A stretch of 64,000 nt of DNA from Catajapyx aquilonaris. Taxonomy: Eukaryota. The stretch spans positions 1 to 64,000 of the forward strand of contig KZ538938.1 of the NCBI GenBank assembly GCA_000934665.2. The letters run 5' to 3'. Shown here in pieces: positions 1-12,659 of this stretch. The translations under genes were made by a program, and so were the position numbers. How positions within the stretch are numbered: the first letter of the stretch is position 1; every line of letters begins with the position of its first letter. The notes beneath the pieces are model-generated. The model was not told the origin of the DNA. It saw nothing but the letters and a program-made list of their open reading frames with translations, and did not search any database.

Positions 1-129
1 GGGGGTGGTGGTGGCTGGTGGGGGGCAGAACTCTTGGCCGGCTGCCAATTCACTCGCGGACTATTGGGCCAAGCGCACAATTGGCTCACGACATATATAT
101 CATTAGATAAACATATTTGCACTATTCAC

Positions 130-410
130 GTGGAATTTTTTGACCTCCGAGAAGTGTCAGAAAAATATTCATTTTGTGGCGTAACGTTGGCAACTAGTCA
201 AAAAATTACACCTTTCCGCCTTCTTGCGATAAAAAATTACACACTGATGATTGTAAAACAACTTGCATATTATGTAATGTGGATTTAAACCAGCTTTCGA
301 ATGATATATAATTTATTTATGTTTTGGATTATTTGCATGGGAGTTGTTTCGAGTCAAACACGGGCTCTATATTAAATAAACGGATGGTAGGCAGAGTGTC
401 GACAGCCTTT
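130..410 (+). repeat. Dispersed repeat family, 3 copies (about 130-410 +, 42016-42156 -, 45890-46150 +)
   Basis: Shared blocks such as tgtaa(t/c)g(t/c)ggatttaaac(c/a)agcttt and ggg(c)..tatattaaataaac(g/t)gat at all three sites; boundaries approximate. Confidence 0.7.
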
Positions 411-722
411 AGGGCCCATGCCTTTACCATATGCACCCCCCCCCCCNNNCCACCACCACCACCTATGTCATTTTGGCAGACAAAATTGCGAACACCCTGA
501 ACAGGTGGCATGTAGAGTGTCATCAACTCCCATGATTGCTGGCATTCAAAAACAGAGAAAATGCCACTTTACTGTTTCTTTAGCATTACAATTCAGGGTG
601 TAAAGAGAGAGTGTGGGTAATTCAGTCATCCAATTCAAAGCAACATTTTTTGGTACCCTGATCTTCACTAGACTTGTTTTGTTAATTCTGAAATGTCAAT
701 TTAGTTGCATTTTTAATTGCAG

Positions 723-1070
723 GTCAACCGCCAGTCAAAAGAACTAGCCAGCTACCGAACTGAGCTGGAGAAGAGTCGGCAATTGACTGTTCGGCTGAAC
801 TCTCGCACTGCTCAGTTGACTGGCAAGATGACTGACGTCAGTCGCCGTCTGCTCGAGTATGATCAGAAGTTTGCTGATCTGGCAGAAGAGCTGAGTCGAA
901 CCAGGGGTGAGGCGTCCAAGGCTGGAGGTTCTGGCAGTTCCAAGGGAAAGGCCTCTGTAGCAGTCCAAGAAGTTGATCAAAAAGGCGCACAGGAGCTGGC
1001 ATCTCGCCAACTGAGAAAGCGCAAACCTGTCGAGTACAAGCAAAACATTAAACGGTCCAAAAGGACCTGA
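723..1070 (+). CDS. Terminal coding exon of a gene starting upstream of the window; coiled-coil followed by a basic NLS-like tail, possibly F-box only protein 28-like
   Basis: Acceptor ttttaattgcag ends at 722; open frame VNRQSKEL...RRLLEYDQKFADLAEEL...RQLRKRK...KRSKRT to TGA at 1070. Heptad pattern plus basic C-terminus recalls FBXO28, but the identity is from memory only. Confidence 0.6.
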   Translation, partial: VNRQSKELASYRTELEKSRQLTVRLNSRTAQLTGKMTDVSRRLLEYDQKFADLAEELSRTRGEASKAGGSGSSKGKASVAVQEVDQKGAQELASRQLRKRKPVEYKQNIKRSKRT

Positions 1071-1640
1071 GGGTGCTAGGAGGATAAGGGGTGCTTAGTA
1101 TGGACTCTTGCAACCCCACTCCCTTCCAAAAAAAAAGAGAGAAAGGAAAAAAAAAAAAAAAAAGAAAAGGCAAATCCTCTATTACATCATTTTTTTTCTT
1201 ATTGGACCTATTATTAAGAGTTGCATTTTTTGATTCCATTTCAAATTTCTGTAGCTTGGGCAATTACTTTATTTCAAAATTCTGAGTTGAAAGCTAGTGT
1301 TATAAGGGGTCATCCATAACTACAGATAGTGTGCAACATAATCATGCTGAAATTCCTGATGGCATTTCAGTGTACCAATTCTGCATTGCAAATTCTTCTG
1401 CCAGAGTATCACAGTCGTTCCAAAGTCACACATTTGAAAGTCAAAAGGTTTCATATTTTTGATGGGAGTGACTCAGACAGCGGAAGGGGGGTGTAAATCA
1501 AAACGCCTCCCCTACATTCCGCGCTTTGAGTGTGATGTTATGGTATCTCTTCTTCCCATGTCACTACCTGTCACAGGAACCTCAACCCCATTTCTTCTCT
1601 CAACATGACATCCTTTATGGATGATCCCAGTTATGTTAAA

Positions 1641-2370
1641 GAGTTCAGTGATTTTGCATGTTGGGCTTCAAAAATTAAGCAGGACTCCCTGATTATGAAT
1701 ATCCAGTCCGTTTTGGTAGCAAATGCACCATAATCATAAAATTTCAAGTCCAAGTCGATTTTTAAAAAATCAGGGCCGAACCTGGGTTCCCTCTGTGGCA
1801 AGGATGGAAGCTCTAAGCACGAGAAAAGATGGCTGTCCCCATAGCGACAAACCACATGTAAGCCAGGTTTTTGTGTTTTCGACCCGAGTGGAACCTGCCC
1901 TGGGTGCCAAGGGCCATGGGAAGGCAGGGGAGGATGAGATGGGATGGTCGGAGGGAGGGCGAGTAGGAGAGAGAGAATGATTGGACCATGCAGCCAAGTG
2001 ATACCCATGGTGGGTTTTCCGTACCAGTTCGAGACTTACCAAGATGGGTAGTGTTAAGAGGTATGATCCAGAGGGAGACGACAAATACATTGGCTGCATG
2101 TGATGGCGTCGGAGGAAGGGCCAAGTGATCCATCCACTTCCTAGTTCAAAAATTGTCTTCGAGGCTAAGCCAATCTCTGGCCCATGCAGGTTACCAGGAT
2201 CGCCGTGGGAGGTGCTTGATGTACAATGACCGTATAGAATACAGTAGTGGTTTTGACTTTCACCTGCTGGCATTTGCTTACGCGGTGTCAGATTAAAAAA
2301 CCGACCACATTTTTGGAATCACGGAGTCTTCCTTGATCTTTGAAGCCCAGCATGCAAAATCACTGAACCC
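1641..2370. mobile_element. Degenerate non-autonomous TIR element
   Basis: gagttcagtgattttgcatgttgggcttcaaa (1641) is inverted at tttgaagcccagcatgcaaaatcactgaaccc (ends 2370); TTAA near both ends. Confidence 0.65.
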
Positions 2371-2379
2371 TTTCTTTAA

Positions 2380-2643
2380 CCCTTTATCTCCAACGCAATT
2401 TTGCACTGTTCGTGTGTGTATTTAAATTTGTGCAGTAAGTGTTTGTTTCGGATTTACAATGAATGAAATCTTTGGCCTATGACGTCGTGCCATTAAAAAT
2501 ATCATGAGAGTGGCATAAATATGCATGAACATAAAACTATGAAAGAAATTTCCATCAGGGATATACCAGTGATTTTTTTTGTTTAAATTATATGTGGTAT
2601 TATGATTATAATCATACCAAAATGGCCCGCGGGAGATAAAGGG
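2380..2643. mobile_element. piggyBac-like MITE
   Basis: TTAA|ccctttatctcc ... ggagataaaggg|TTAA. Confidence 0.8.
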
Positions 2644-5263
2644 TTAAAGCATTGCTGCAGAATACATGTCATGGTGATGGGTTTAGTGACCCACTCCGTC
2701 CATAAAAATATCTAATATGGAGTAAGGAAGATGCTACAGAGATATTTGATTGTTCCGAGGACGAGTCAAAGGAAGTATCGAGTGAGATAGGCAATTTGTA
2801 GGGAGTCTATTTTGCTTTAAACGGTAATATTTTGTGTGAATGTATGAATTAGTAAAGTGTAACTGTTGTTATTCTAGCTCTCACTTGGGTAATTCACACT
2901 ACTGTGCATCTTTTGCACAAAAAATATCATTTTATGAAGCATAATAGACTACCTACAGATTCCTGATCTCAGTGGGATCCTGAAAGTTGCTTATAGGTCC
3001 AATAAATTTTTAAGTTATTATTGTTTTGTGTTTTATATATGTTAGGCATCGTACATTATTTGTATACCACCCTGTCAGTCTAGTGCTGGATAAGTTACAT
3101 GGATTCCCCCTTTTACCGCAGTCCCCCCTTCTTAAATCTTTGTTGTGCCAGTCACTCTGGCAAGCATTTTTTGAACGATGTTACACCAGCCCCAATGGTA
3201 GCTTTTGGTTTTTCTTTTTAGTTGTACAAATGTGTAAAGGCCTGATTACGCCCTCACGATATGAGCCTCGATCGCACGATCAGACACTTTGCGACCGACT
3301 AAGGGGAGTTGCCCTAGGTCCGGTCGCAACGACCTTGGCATGTGACTATCTATTTCAAAGAGGTGTGGTAGGTTTGGAAACGTATGACATCGTACTCTTG
3401 CACCCCGCTCTCCCCTTCTCTCACGTCATGTGACCCGGATCTGACCAATCAGAGCATTTCCCCTCTATCAAGTCTCCCTCAAGAGCAGGCCGGAAGCGTG
3501 GAACCAATCAGCAATCTTGAGGAGAGGAAGAGGGACAGGCTCTACCTGGCCGGTGGAGCCTGTCCTGCTCCCGCTCCTCAAGATGGCTGCAACTAGAAGG
3601 ACTCAGAAGGAGCTCGGTGGCTCTGTCTGAAATGCAGCTCAGCTTGAAACACCCCCTCCCCTGCTCCCCAACCGGTTTCCCTCCATCTGCCTGTCGACCC
3701 CCCCCCCCCCCCCNNNNNNNNNNNNNNNNNNNNNNNNNNNNNNNNNNNNNNNNNNNNNNNNNNNNNNNNNNNNNNNNNNNNNNNNNNNNNNNNNNNNNNN
3801 NNNNNNNNNNNNNNNNNNNNNNNNNNNNNNNNNNNNNNNNNNNNNNNNCCACCGTAGCCGTGAAAGGTATGGGATCCGACCTGCAAAACAACGAGCTATA
3901 ATCGCCACAATTTGGTTTGGACGATGTACGACACTATCTGCCATTATCCTGCTGCACTCCCCCCCTATAGATTAATTACGCGGCCCTCTCTTGTTTTACA
4001 CAATGCACTTGAATCGTTGCCACCCCATATTTTTCCATTGGTCCGCCGCACCAGCCGACACGTCATTATTTTTATCATTTCCCCCCCCCCCCCCCCCCCC
4101 CCCCCCCCATAAAAGGCTTTACGACCCACAGGTTGGGAACCACTGGTGTAAGGGTTGCTTTATCATGCCACTATTACCCAGTGTGTGGAGATTACTGCTG
4201 GTAGTTGGCTTCTCCTATAACTTTCATTATTGGCATGGGTCACTAACAGCAGGCAAAGAGGGGAATGATTAAGTAACCCAAAGTCTTGTGTTTTCTGACC
4301 ACTGTGTTTACATATCCAATCATGAAGTAAGTTTTAATGTGAGAGGATACCTTACATGATTAATTTTGGTGTATACCATGATGGTTTTTAGCAGTTGTTG
4401 TTGTTCCTTATCATATTAGATGAGTAATTGCAATTGTTTTTCATATGCATTTTTGAAGTAGTGAAACCCTGGGGAGAAAGGCATGAGTTTGAAATTTTAC
4501 TGCATTTAAAATGGGCACAGAATTTTTGGAGAATTTTTTGGATGCAATAGTAGATGACATAATTTTTTTTAGAATTACATATTGTTCACTAAAACTTGTA
4601 ATGATGAGTCCATGCACCTGGTTGCATAGGGATGTAGTGCAACCAACAAAAGAATGGAAGACGGATGTCAACAAAATATCCTCAACCCAATTAGAAGCCA
4701 CATATGTTCTTATTGCATGAAGAACATTTTCCTATTGGCACCTTGCCTCCATGTGTTCCCTGCATACCCTGTTGATTGGAGTATTATACATCAATTTTAT
4801 TTCATGTCAGGTTAGTGAACAATAGGTGACTCGAAAATTGGACAACATACCAATGTCACAAAAATTTAAATACTTGAAAGTTCCTTGCAGTCTCTATAGC
4901 CATATTCAGAGAGGAAATTGCAAATTTGTGACATTCAAGCTCACATTTTTACAAATGATAAGGAATGATACGAAAAATGTTTCCATTTTCTTATAATATT
5001 TTAGAAACAACCTCTTCTAAAAATTATCGTCTTTCAGAGCAAAATAAATCCTGGCGGGTATCCTTTTGACAATATGTGAACCTGTTATCTGAATTTCTTC
5101 TCAGTTTTACAAATGTCATGATGTCTAATTATTGTTAATATTGTAATATATATATATATAAGGAATAGAGGAATAGCCAAAACAAACCATGTGTTTGAAC
5201 TTTCAATACAGTATTCTTATGTTCCCATTGCTGAAGTTGCCTTTTTTTCAGGAGTGCATGCAT

Positions 5264-5267
<4 letters not shown>

Positions 5268-5295
<28 letters not shown>
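5268..5295. repeat. (GA)n microsatellite
   Basis: Direct reading. Confidence 0.95.
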
Positions 5296-5299
<4 letters not shown>

Positions 5300-6433
5300 A
5301 CCATTTACTCCTCTTCAGGAGCATTCTATAACTAAGCTAAGGACAGCTTGAGTGTAGTTACTTTTTAAAACATGTTTTTAGTTTTTAGAATAAACATTCA
5401 AGCTTAAATTTAACTGAGGCCATAAATAACAAACAATGTTATTGCCAATTATTCGTTATGTGGTACATTTCTTGTGCAATGAGCCATGGAAATTTGTAAG
5501 GGCAATTTTTGTGTGAAATTAAATGCCACTTTTTGCACTGAGGCTTCCCCTACAGCTGAAAGTGTATGGTGTATGGGCACCATTTGTAGACGTCATAGCT
5601 TCATGCAGTCTGAGCTGATAAAATATTAAACAATATGAACATGGACAGAACGGGTGCCCTCCTACAACCAACGCGATATGAAAAGTGTGCTAAAATCATG
5701 TCCAAGTATGAATGGAAACGGCAAAGAGGAATGTGAAAATGGGACCTTTAGGAAATTGAAGGAGGGCAGTACTGTGAGGCATACCGTACATGTTTTAAAT
5801 ACTGAAATTAAGCAGGGTAAAGGTGTAATTTCAGACTGTAAATGGTTATTTTATAAACAAGGTGATATTCCAAAAGTATGATGTACATTTTTTTTTACAT
5901 TTTTTACATTTCAATATGACATTACTCCATGAGAGGATTCCTAACATCTGTTTTCATTGGTGCGAATTCTTGCCTTTAAAATTTATCTATTTTGCCTGAT
6001 AGGCATGTGGCAACACCGCCCCTAGACAATACCATATGGTATTGTCTATAGGTCACAGCCTTGGTGAGAAGGACTGCATTCCCCAGGCCTCTGATATCAC
6101 TTGCACCAATCATGTCATAAAAATGTTAGAAAAGTTAATCTGTAAACCTGAAACAGGCTCAAAGCACTGGTAGCAAAAAATTATTGAATGTTTGCAGTAC
6201 GCCCCTTGTACTTTATTAACTGCCAAATATTAAAGACAAGTGATTTTTCCTCTCGCATCCTGGGAAGGCCACTGCACTGTGATACAGACACTCATAGTAA
6301 TTTTGCATTCAAACATAATATTGGGTAATAGCAGTTGCAGCATAGTGCAGTGACACAGCATATGGTACTGTACATACGAAAATGAGATTATCGTTCTTAA
6401 TATTTGGCCAATGCTACAAAATATGTTACTACT

Positions 6434-6770
6434 GGGGAGATGAAGTGGCGTCGCGGTAACGCGTGTGCCCACGAATATGAAGGTCCCGGATTCAATCCCC
6501 ACCCGGGGTTCCCACCTTTATCCGTGCAGAGTTGGGCCATCTCTGGCTTCATTTCGGGTGGCAATTTCCGACAGACTAAGCCACCCGGGGGAGTTCACAA
6601 AATGACCGTTAGAGACATTGCACATGCACTTTGCACATCCCCTCCCACACCCTTGGAGTAAACTAATAAGATCCTTCTTAACTCGCTCCAACAAATCCCG
6701 ATGGTGGTAATTCCACCCCCCCTAAGGAGTAGATAGCTCCCCCCGTGGGGTAATGTATTTTTTTTTTTTA
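6434..6770 (+). mobile_element. tRNA-derived SINE (family A)
   Basis: A-box-like tggcgtcgcggt, B-box-like ggattcaatccc; 11-bp TSD atgttactact at 6423-6433 and 6771-6781; oligo-T tail. Confidence 0.75.
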
Positions 6771-8116
6771 ATGTTACTACTCGGTAGTAAGCAAATGAAA
6801 TTTTTTTCCAGCTTTTTTCCATCACCTTAGAAAACTAAAGAATATTGGTATGCACAGCACAGCAAGTAACTGTTTCAGTGCACATGAAAAGTTACAGGCC
6901 ACTTCAGAATAAATTCTTAATTGTTTTTTGTTAAATTTGCCACTGAAAAAAACAATCCATATATGATAGATCCTCATGACTCACCATTTTTTCCTCTCTC
7001 AAAATTAATAAATTATTCCAGAGCTCTTGATTATTCTAAGGACCCCTACTACAATCTATGATAGTAGTGTCTATTAGCATTAATGGCAGTCTGTGGAGCA
7101 ATTTATCTGGTCCAACCAAAATAGCCAGCCCAGTCCTAAATAGCCAATCTTATGGTACATTGGTTCCATAGGCCTATACACATGGAAAGGAAAAGAGTAA
7201 AATAGGATGTGGATATAGCCTACTGATTAAAATCTTTTCAACCATGAAAGGGCAAGGGCACTTTTCAGTTGCCATGGATATAGGACTGTAGGTACTAGTA
7301 GAAACTGCTATCAAATTCCGCCGACCCTGTTGCTCTGATATGTATTACATGACACATTAAATGGGTTTTGGGTGGGGGCATAGCCATATGTGTTCATGTT
7401 TAATGCACCTACACTACAGTAAGTAGTTTTGTAAGTATGATATGAAAGAAGTTTATTTCAAACTCAGAAATGGTATTTTCTGATTTTTTTTTTGTTCAAC
7501 GGAATAACCTAATACAAAAAGGACCTACACTCAAGGAGATGAAAATGTTTTAGGTGGTACTGAATTTGTAAAGAAAGTAGGCCTACATCCGATCTGTGAA
7601 TCAGAAACATAAACTGACCACTTCTCGTATTTTCAGGCCATCACGAGTGGATTATATTATCAATAGCGTTTTGGCTCAAGCTTTTCTTATCTCGCCTACC
7701 CGCCATTTTTCTGTGCTGTTGCACTTTTGTTCCTATTCTATTTCCAAGTAGAATAGGAACAACCTAACCCAGTACACTGGATGACCTTGGTCATTCAGTG
7801 TACTGGGGTAGGACTTTCTAGCATTTGTAGTCCACCTTGTTAGTGAGTCTTTCCAATAAAGGCTTCCTTCTTTGGGTCCCAATTCGTTTGTAAGGCTTAG
7901 GAGAAATCATATTGAGATCATACTGGTAACCGGGATATATGTGGGTATCACTATACCTACTGGAGTAGTTTTTCCCCTCAAAATCAATGAAAACCAGTAG
8001 TCAACACTTGCCTGCCTTGACTATAACTGCAGTTGACTTTTCTTTTAAATAATTACGGGATGGAGCTGGACAAATTTTATTAAGCAATTTTTTTACACGA
8101 ACATTTTCATCGGGAT

Positions 8117-11100
8117 TTAAAGTTTTCCAGAGAGAGGAGTGAAGTTATCATTATGGAGTTGAATGAAAGAAATAATTTTGCTTCTCAGGATTTCCGCATA
8201 TTCACAGCATGGCAGAACAAGAAGCTTGTTTCTGGATCCTTCAGTGATAAATTGGTTAGTTGCAGCTCCAAGACGAACAAGTGCTTGAAGGCCATGCTTC
8301 AAGACAGACAAGGACAGACTCGCATAATGTTGCGTGTCTCCTTTATCCAGCATCTTTTCTACTTCCCCTTGAGCCAGCTCCATAACCTTTTTCTCCTCCA
8401 AGACGTCGGAGTTCGTCGAAAGAATTGTAGCCAGTGCAGCGTAGGCCGTCAGAAAAGGTTCCAGTTGGTATGACAGTATATGGATCAAATGGGCATTCTT
8501 TCCGAAAGCCAAACCTTCTGGTGTTTCCTGCACAATTCCAAGAAGACGGCCTTCATCTATAAGTTCCTCTCTGTTTTCACTAGTCGATTTTAAGAAGACA
8601 AAGTCTTCGGACAGGAGATTCAAGAGGAAGGTAAGATTTTCGTCTACGTTTTCTTTTTGACAGCGATCTCGAAGAACCGTGACCAGTATTGCTGACCGCA
8701 CCAAAAACTGTAGGCTTTTGTTCCTCTCGTGTTGCAACAGAACATGAACCATGGCAACTTCTAGAGTGGACGATTTCAGGTGCTGTGATCGTAGATTCAT
8801 CTCACCATTGGATTTTATCTTCACCATTCCATCTTCAGTCATATCAACCACAGAAGAATGTGTGCGCAAGGCTTTCTCTAAATCTGCCCCTGATGAAATA
8901 AGTAGGTGGTCAAACATAAGTGCTTTAGAATGGTCAATATGTCTGAAAACAGTGATTTACATGCATACCATCACCATACAGGTTGGCCCCTACGAGGTTA
9001 AAAGCCTTTCGCAATTCTTGGTAATATATCTCGAGATCTTCCAAGTCTATTGGAACATTAGTGTGTCTAATTGCCAGTGAGGCCACAGCGAATGGAAATA
9101 ACACCATATGCTTTTGCTGCTCCTCTGCCACCCTGAAATGTTTATGTGACAAGTAGAGGTTGGTCTATGGGGTTTAAAGGTTAACAAACAACAAGAAAAA
9201 GTTGGTGAACTTTTTTAAAAATTCAAGGTTTGATTCCCCAAGAATGAATGTTAAATGATGGGTTTACCTCCAACCTAATTTCTCCACCATATCTCGTTCT
9301 TCTTCACTCAACATGTGGACATGACGAGGTCCAACTGAATGTTGATGTCGAAGGTCTTTACCTTCCAGTCGAAAGTAGCGGCTCATCAAAATCGGATCAC
9401 AAAAGTGGACCAATGCATTGCCATACGCTTCTGTAGTATTGAACAGCTGAGAGAGAGCCGACAACAACGTCTACAAACCAGAAAAATGATTGCAATCTCA
9501 AAGCTACAGTAATAATTCCGTACGGTATTACCGTTGCTGACTCTTTCTCTTTTTGTGCTCCCAGTTCCTCCTGGGCATACAGTCTCTCCTCAACAATGCG
9601 ATCATACGAGACACTAATAGGAACCAAGGCAATATCGTGCAACAAACCGAAAAAATACGGTTCCAGTGCCATAGATAAAATCCCTGCCAAGTGAGATAAA
9701 TGTTAGTGATAGTAACAATTTGTATCTTGATTGCAAAATTATGTGATCTCAGTTACCTTTCTTGGGTTTCATCTGTAAAGAATTCCGGCTCCTTCCACCT
9801 TCCACAAATACTTCCAAAGGAACGTCAGCACTCACAATGCAGTTATGGATGTACTCTGACAAAAGGCACTTGTACAGACTATCATTACCCAGTGAACGCC
9901 GAATTGCAATGGCTCCACAACTTTTCACTGTCTTTCCCAGGAATCCTCTTGACAAATCTAAAATTTCAAAGCATTAGTACAAGTACAATGCTCAAAGAGC
10001 GTCATTTCTTACTGTCCCCTGCTACGACAGCTGGAGGAGCTAGACCAAGCTGCATGAAGGTCATTGGCATCAAGACAAAGTCGAAGTAACTGCGATGTGT
10101 AGGCATTAACAAGACTGGCTGGTGCTTCATTAATTCCATTGCCTAAATTTTTATTAAGTTCGCAGTAACACTTTGTAGTTAGGTATTGTTAACTCATTTC
10201 ACCCACTCACGTTCTCAAGTCCGTCCATGTTGACATACAAGTTTCGGAACAGTCGCCGGGCAATCATGCAACATAGATACGATACCGGTTTCAAAATAGG
10301 AAGAAAAAAATCATGTGCCATGTTGCTGAGTAGAGAATCTATTTGCAGCCATAATTTTTCTTCCGGGATATCTTCGTCCTTGCTTATCTGAAACATTGAA
10401 GTTCTAGGTCTACAATCTGACACTACACACTTGACATTAATCTGAAATAAATACAACTGCTATCATTCCTAAATGTGTGTGGGGGGGGGGGGGGTTCAGG
10501 AAGTGCAAAATGAGCAATATAAAAATGTCACATCGAGAGTCTTATGTAAGGCAGTTTCTCTCATGGAAAAATGGCCAATATCAATGAAGCGATGAAAAGC
10601 AAAAATGTACAGCAGGTTCTTCCAACTCAAGAGTGATTATTATCAATTTTTGGCACTAAGCTGCTTATCTTTAATCATGCAGTAACTATATGGGGAGTAT
10701 TTTTTAGTGATTATAAAACGTGTCAGCAGCTAATATTAGGTCGAATTGAACTTTGAATTGCACTGAATTTCCGATTTGGAATGACCAAGCAAGGGGGACT
10801 TTCCCATAAAAACGAGCGGATGAAAACGTTCGAGATTCACCAAAGATTCATCTGATTTTCCGACCCCAGGAAAATGACTCATTGGAACAATAAATTGACA
10901 CCCGAAACTCAATTTTAAATCCCATTTCTTGCAGGCTTTTAAAAGGGTAGATCTTATGTAACCTAATTTTAGCTAAAGGGAATTTTCGAAGATATCTTAT
11001 TAAAATAAGAATTTAGTGCCAAAATAACCACTAAGTTACGATCATTTTAAATGTAATAGTCTCTATATCTTTCAATCAAGTAACTTATATACGATATTCT

Positions 11101-11592
11101 GTCAAGGATTCTATCAAGGATAGTTAATAATATCAGAAATTTTCCGTTTCAATGCAGTACTAGTAAAATGGCGAATGTATTCCGTTGTAATGATTTTATT
11201 TCCCCCCCCCCCCCTTTCCGCATTTACTAGCCTATCTCAAGGGCCTCAACTAGATGTATGATTTTTGTTGTCGCTGACCACAATTTAAATTGCAGCAAAA
11301 AATAAGGAAGAAACTTTTCTCCACATTAACCTGCAGAAAAGCAGCGAGAAAACATAACTTTGATCTCCCAATCATGATTCAAAAATAAATCTCATCTTAC
11401 CTGACGAACGATGTGGCTCAAGCGAGGGCTTCTGAACACGCACTTTCGGATGTCCTGTGATATTTCCGGAAGGCTCTTTCTGGAGAATGGGTAGTAGTTG
11501 TTTGCATACAGGTAGAACTGGGAATCACCAAAAAGTTTAGTGCGTCTCAATTCCAGAATGTCTTTGTAGATATTTTCAGCGGCAGCTTCCAT
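8117..11592 (-). CDS. GNPAT: Dihydroxyacetone phosphate acyltransferase (glyceronephosphate O-acyltransferase), 8 coding exons
   Basis: Exons 11592-11401, 10387-10211, 10142-10013, 9957-9757, 9683-9532, 9470-9268, 9132-8969, 8889-8117; all GT-AG and frame-consistent. Acyltransferase blocks PTHRSYFD, GAIAIRR, FVEGGRSR, LVPISVSYD; C-terminal -GKL (PTS1-like); AATAAA on minus strand at 8076-8081. Confidence 0.9.
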
Positions 11593-11700
11593 GGTTAGCA
11601 CATCACACGCAAGGAGCGAAGGCGACTAGTTTTCCTGCGTGGAAATAAGATGATCTGACAGCAGGACCGTCAGGCTCACTCTCAAATTACGAAATAATAC

Positions 11701-11708
11701 TATCGATA
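11701..11708. promoter_or_regulatory. DRE motif (TATCGATA) upstream of GNPAT
   Basis: Exact TATCGATA about 110 bp upstream of the GNPAT ATG; DRE is a known arthropod housekeeping-promoter element. Confidence 0.5.
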
Positions 11709-12593
11709 GAGCTCCGTCTGGGTTGAGGGTCAGAGATAAGGAGCCAGTTCACGGTGCAGCTTCATGACATAATTGTGGCATCCACAAACGGTATGTGATT
11801 CTCCAGGTAGAAAATAATACATAACCATTAATTGCCCCCTTTCATGCACGGATGGATTAATCATTGATTCGATACTTATTTTTTACGTGATTATAGAGTA
11901 TATATGCAGCCTGTCACCTGCAGATGAGTAGTCAGCATGTAAGTATAAGTATACCTTTGATTGCTGACCATATTGCTCATGTACTGTATGTACTATATCG
12001 CTCAAAAAGATAGAGACGATTGGCATTTGATTCAAGTGCAAGTTGCACTTGAGTCAAATGCAAAATCGTCTCTATCTTTTTGGGCGATATAGTACTTGTA
12101 CTGTACCAGAAGCCAGATAAAATGCCTCAGAAAGGGTGAGATTGACATGACATTGCATAAAATTAAATAGTAAATTTTTTGGGGTGGAAATTGGTTTAAT
12201 GTGATAACATTATAGACACAAAACTTTAAAGTAGTGTTTAGCTGTAAAATGTTAAAGCTATAAAGCTGCAAAGGCTCAAATGCGAACTTGCGCCATTTGG
12301 CACATATGGCATGATTATGTGGAAACAGGCACCCATGCAACCTCTTGGATAAATTCCAACCTATTATGCTATACGCAGTTTGTAGCGTGATGCAGTACTA
12401 CGGTATTAAACCGGCAGTGTAATATTCACAGTGTTATTCGGGGGTCTGCTCTTATCCCCAATGTTGTTATTGACCTGGCATTTTTTGTTTATGACACTTA
12501 TCAAGCATTTTTAGCTTGAGCCATTTCATCAGAGTTTGTTGACATTGTGACTTGTCAATAACGGCAGGTCAATAACTGTCATCCTTCCCCTTG

Positions 12594-12659
12594 AGAAGTG
12601 AGAGAGAAAAGCGCACAGAAAGCGAGATCGCTTTCTGTGCGCTTTTCTCTCTCACTTCT
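12594..12659. repeat. Perfect 32-bp stem hairpin with 2-nt loop
   Basis: agaagtgagagagaaaagcgcacagaaagcga-ga-tcgctttctgtgcgcttttctctctcacttct. Confidence 0.95.

Noticed and set aside
3230..4110. GC-rich segment, possibly an LTR or other retroelement piece
   Set aside because: Interrupted by an N gap; no diagnostic termini, PBS or protein motif recognised.
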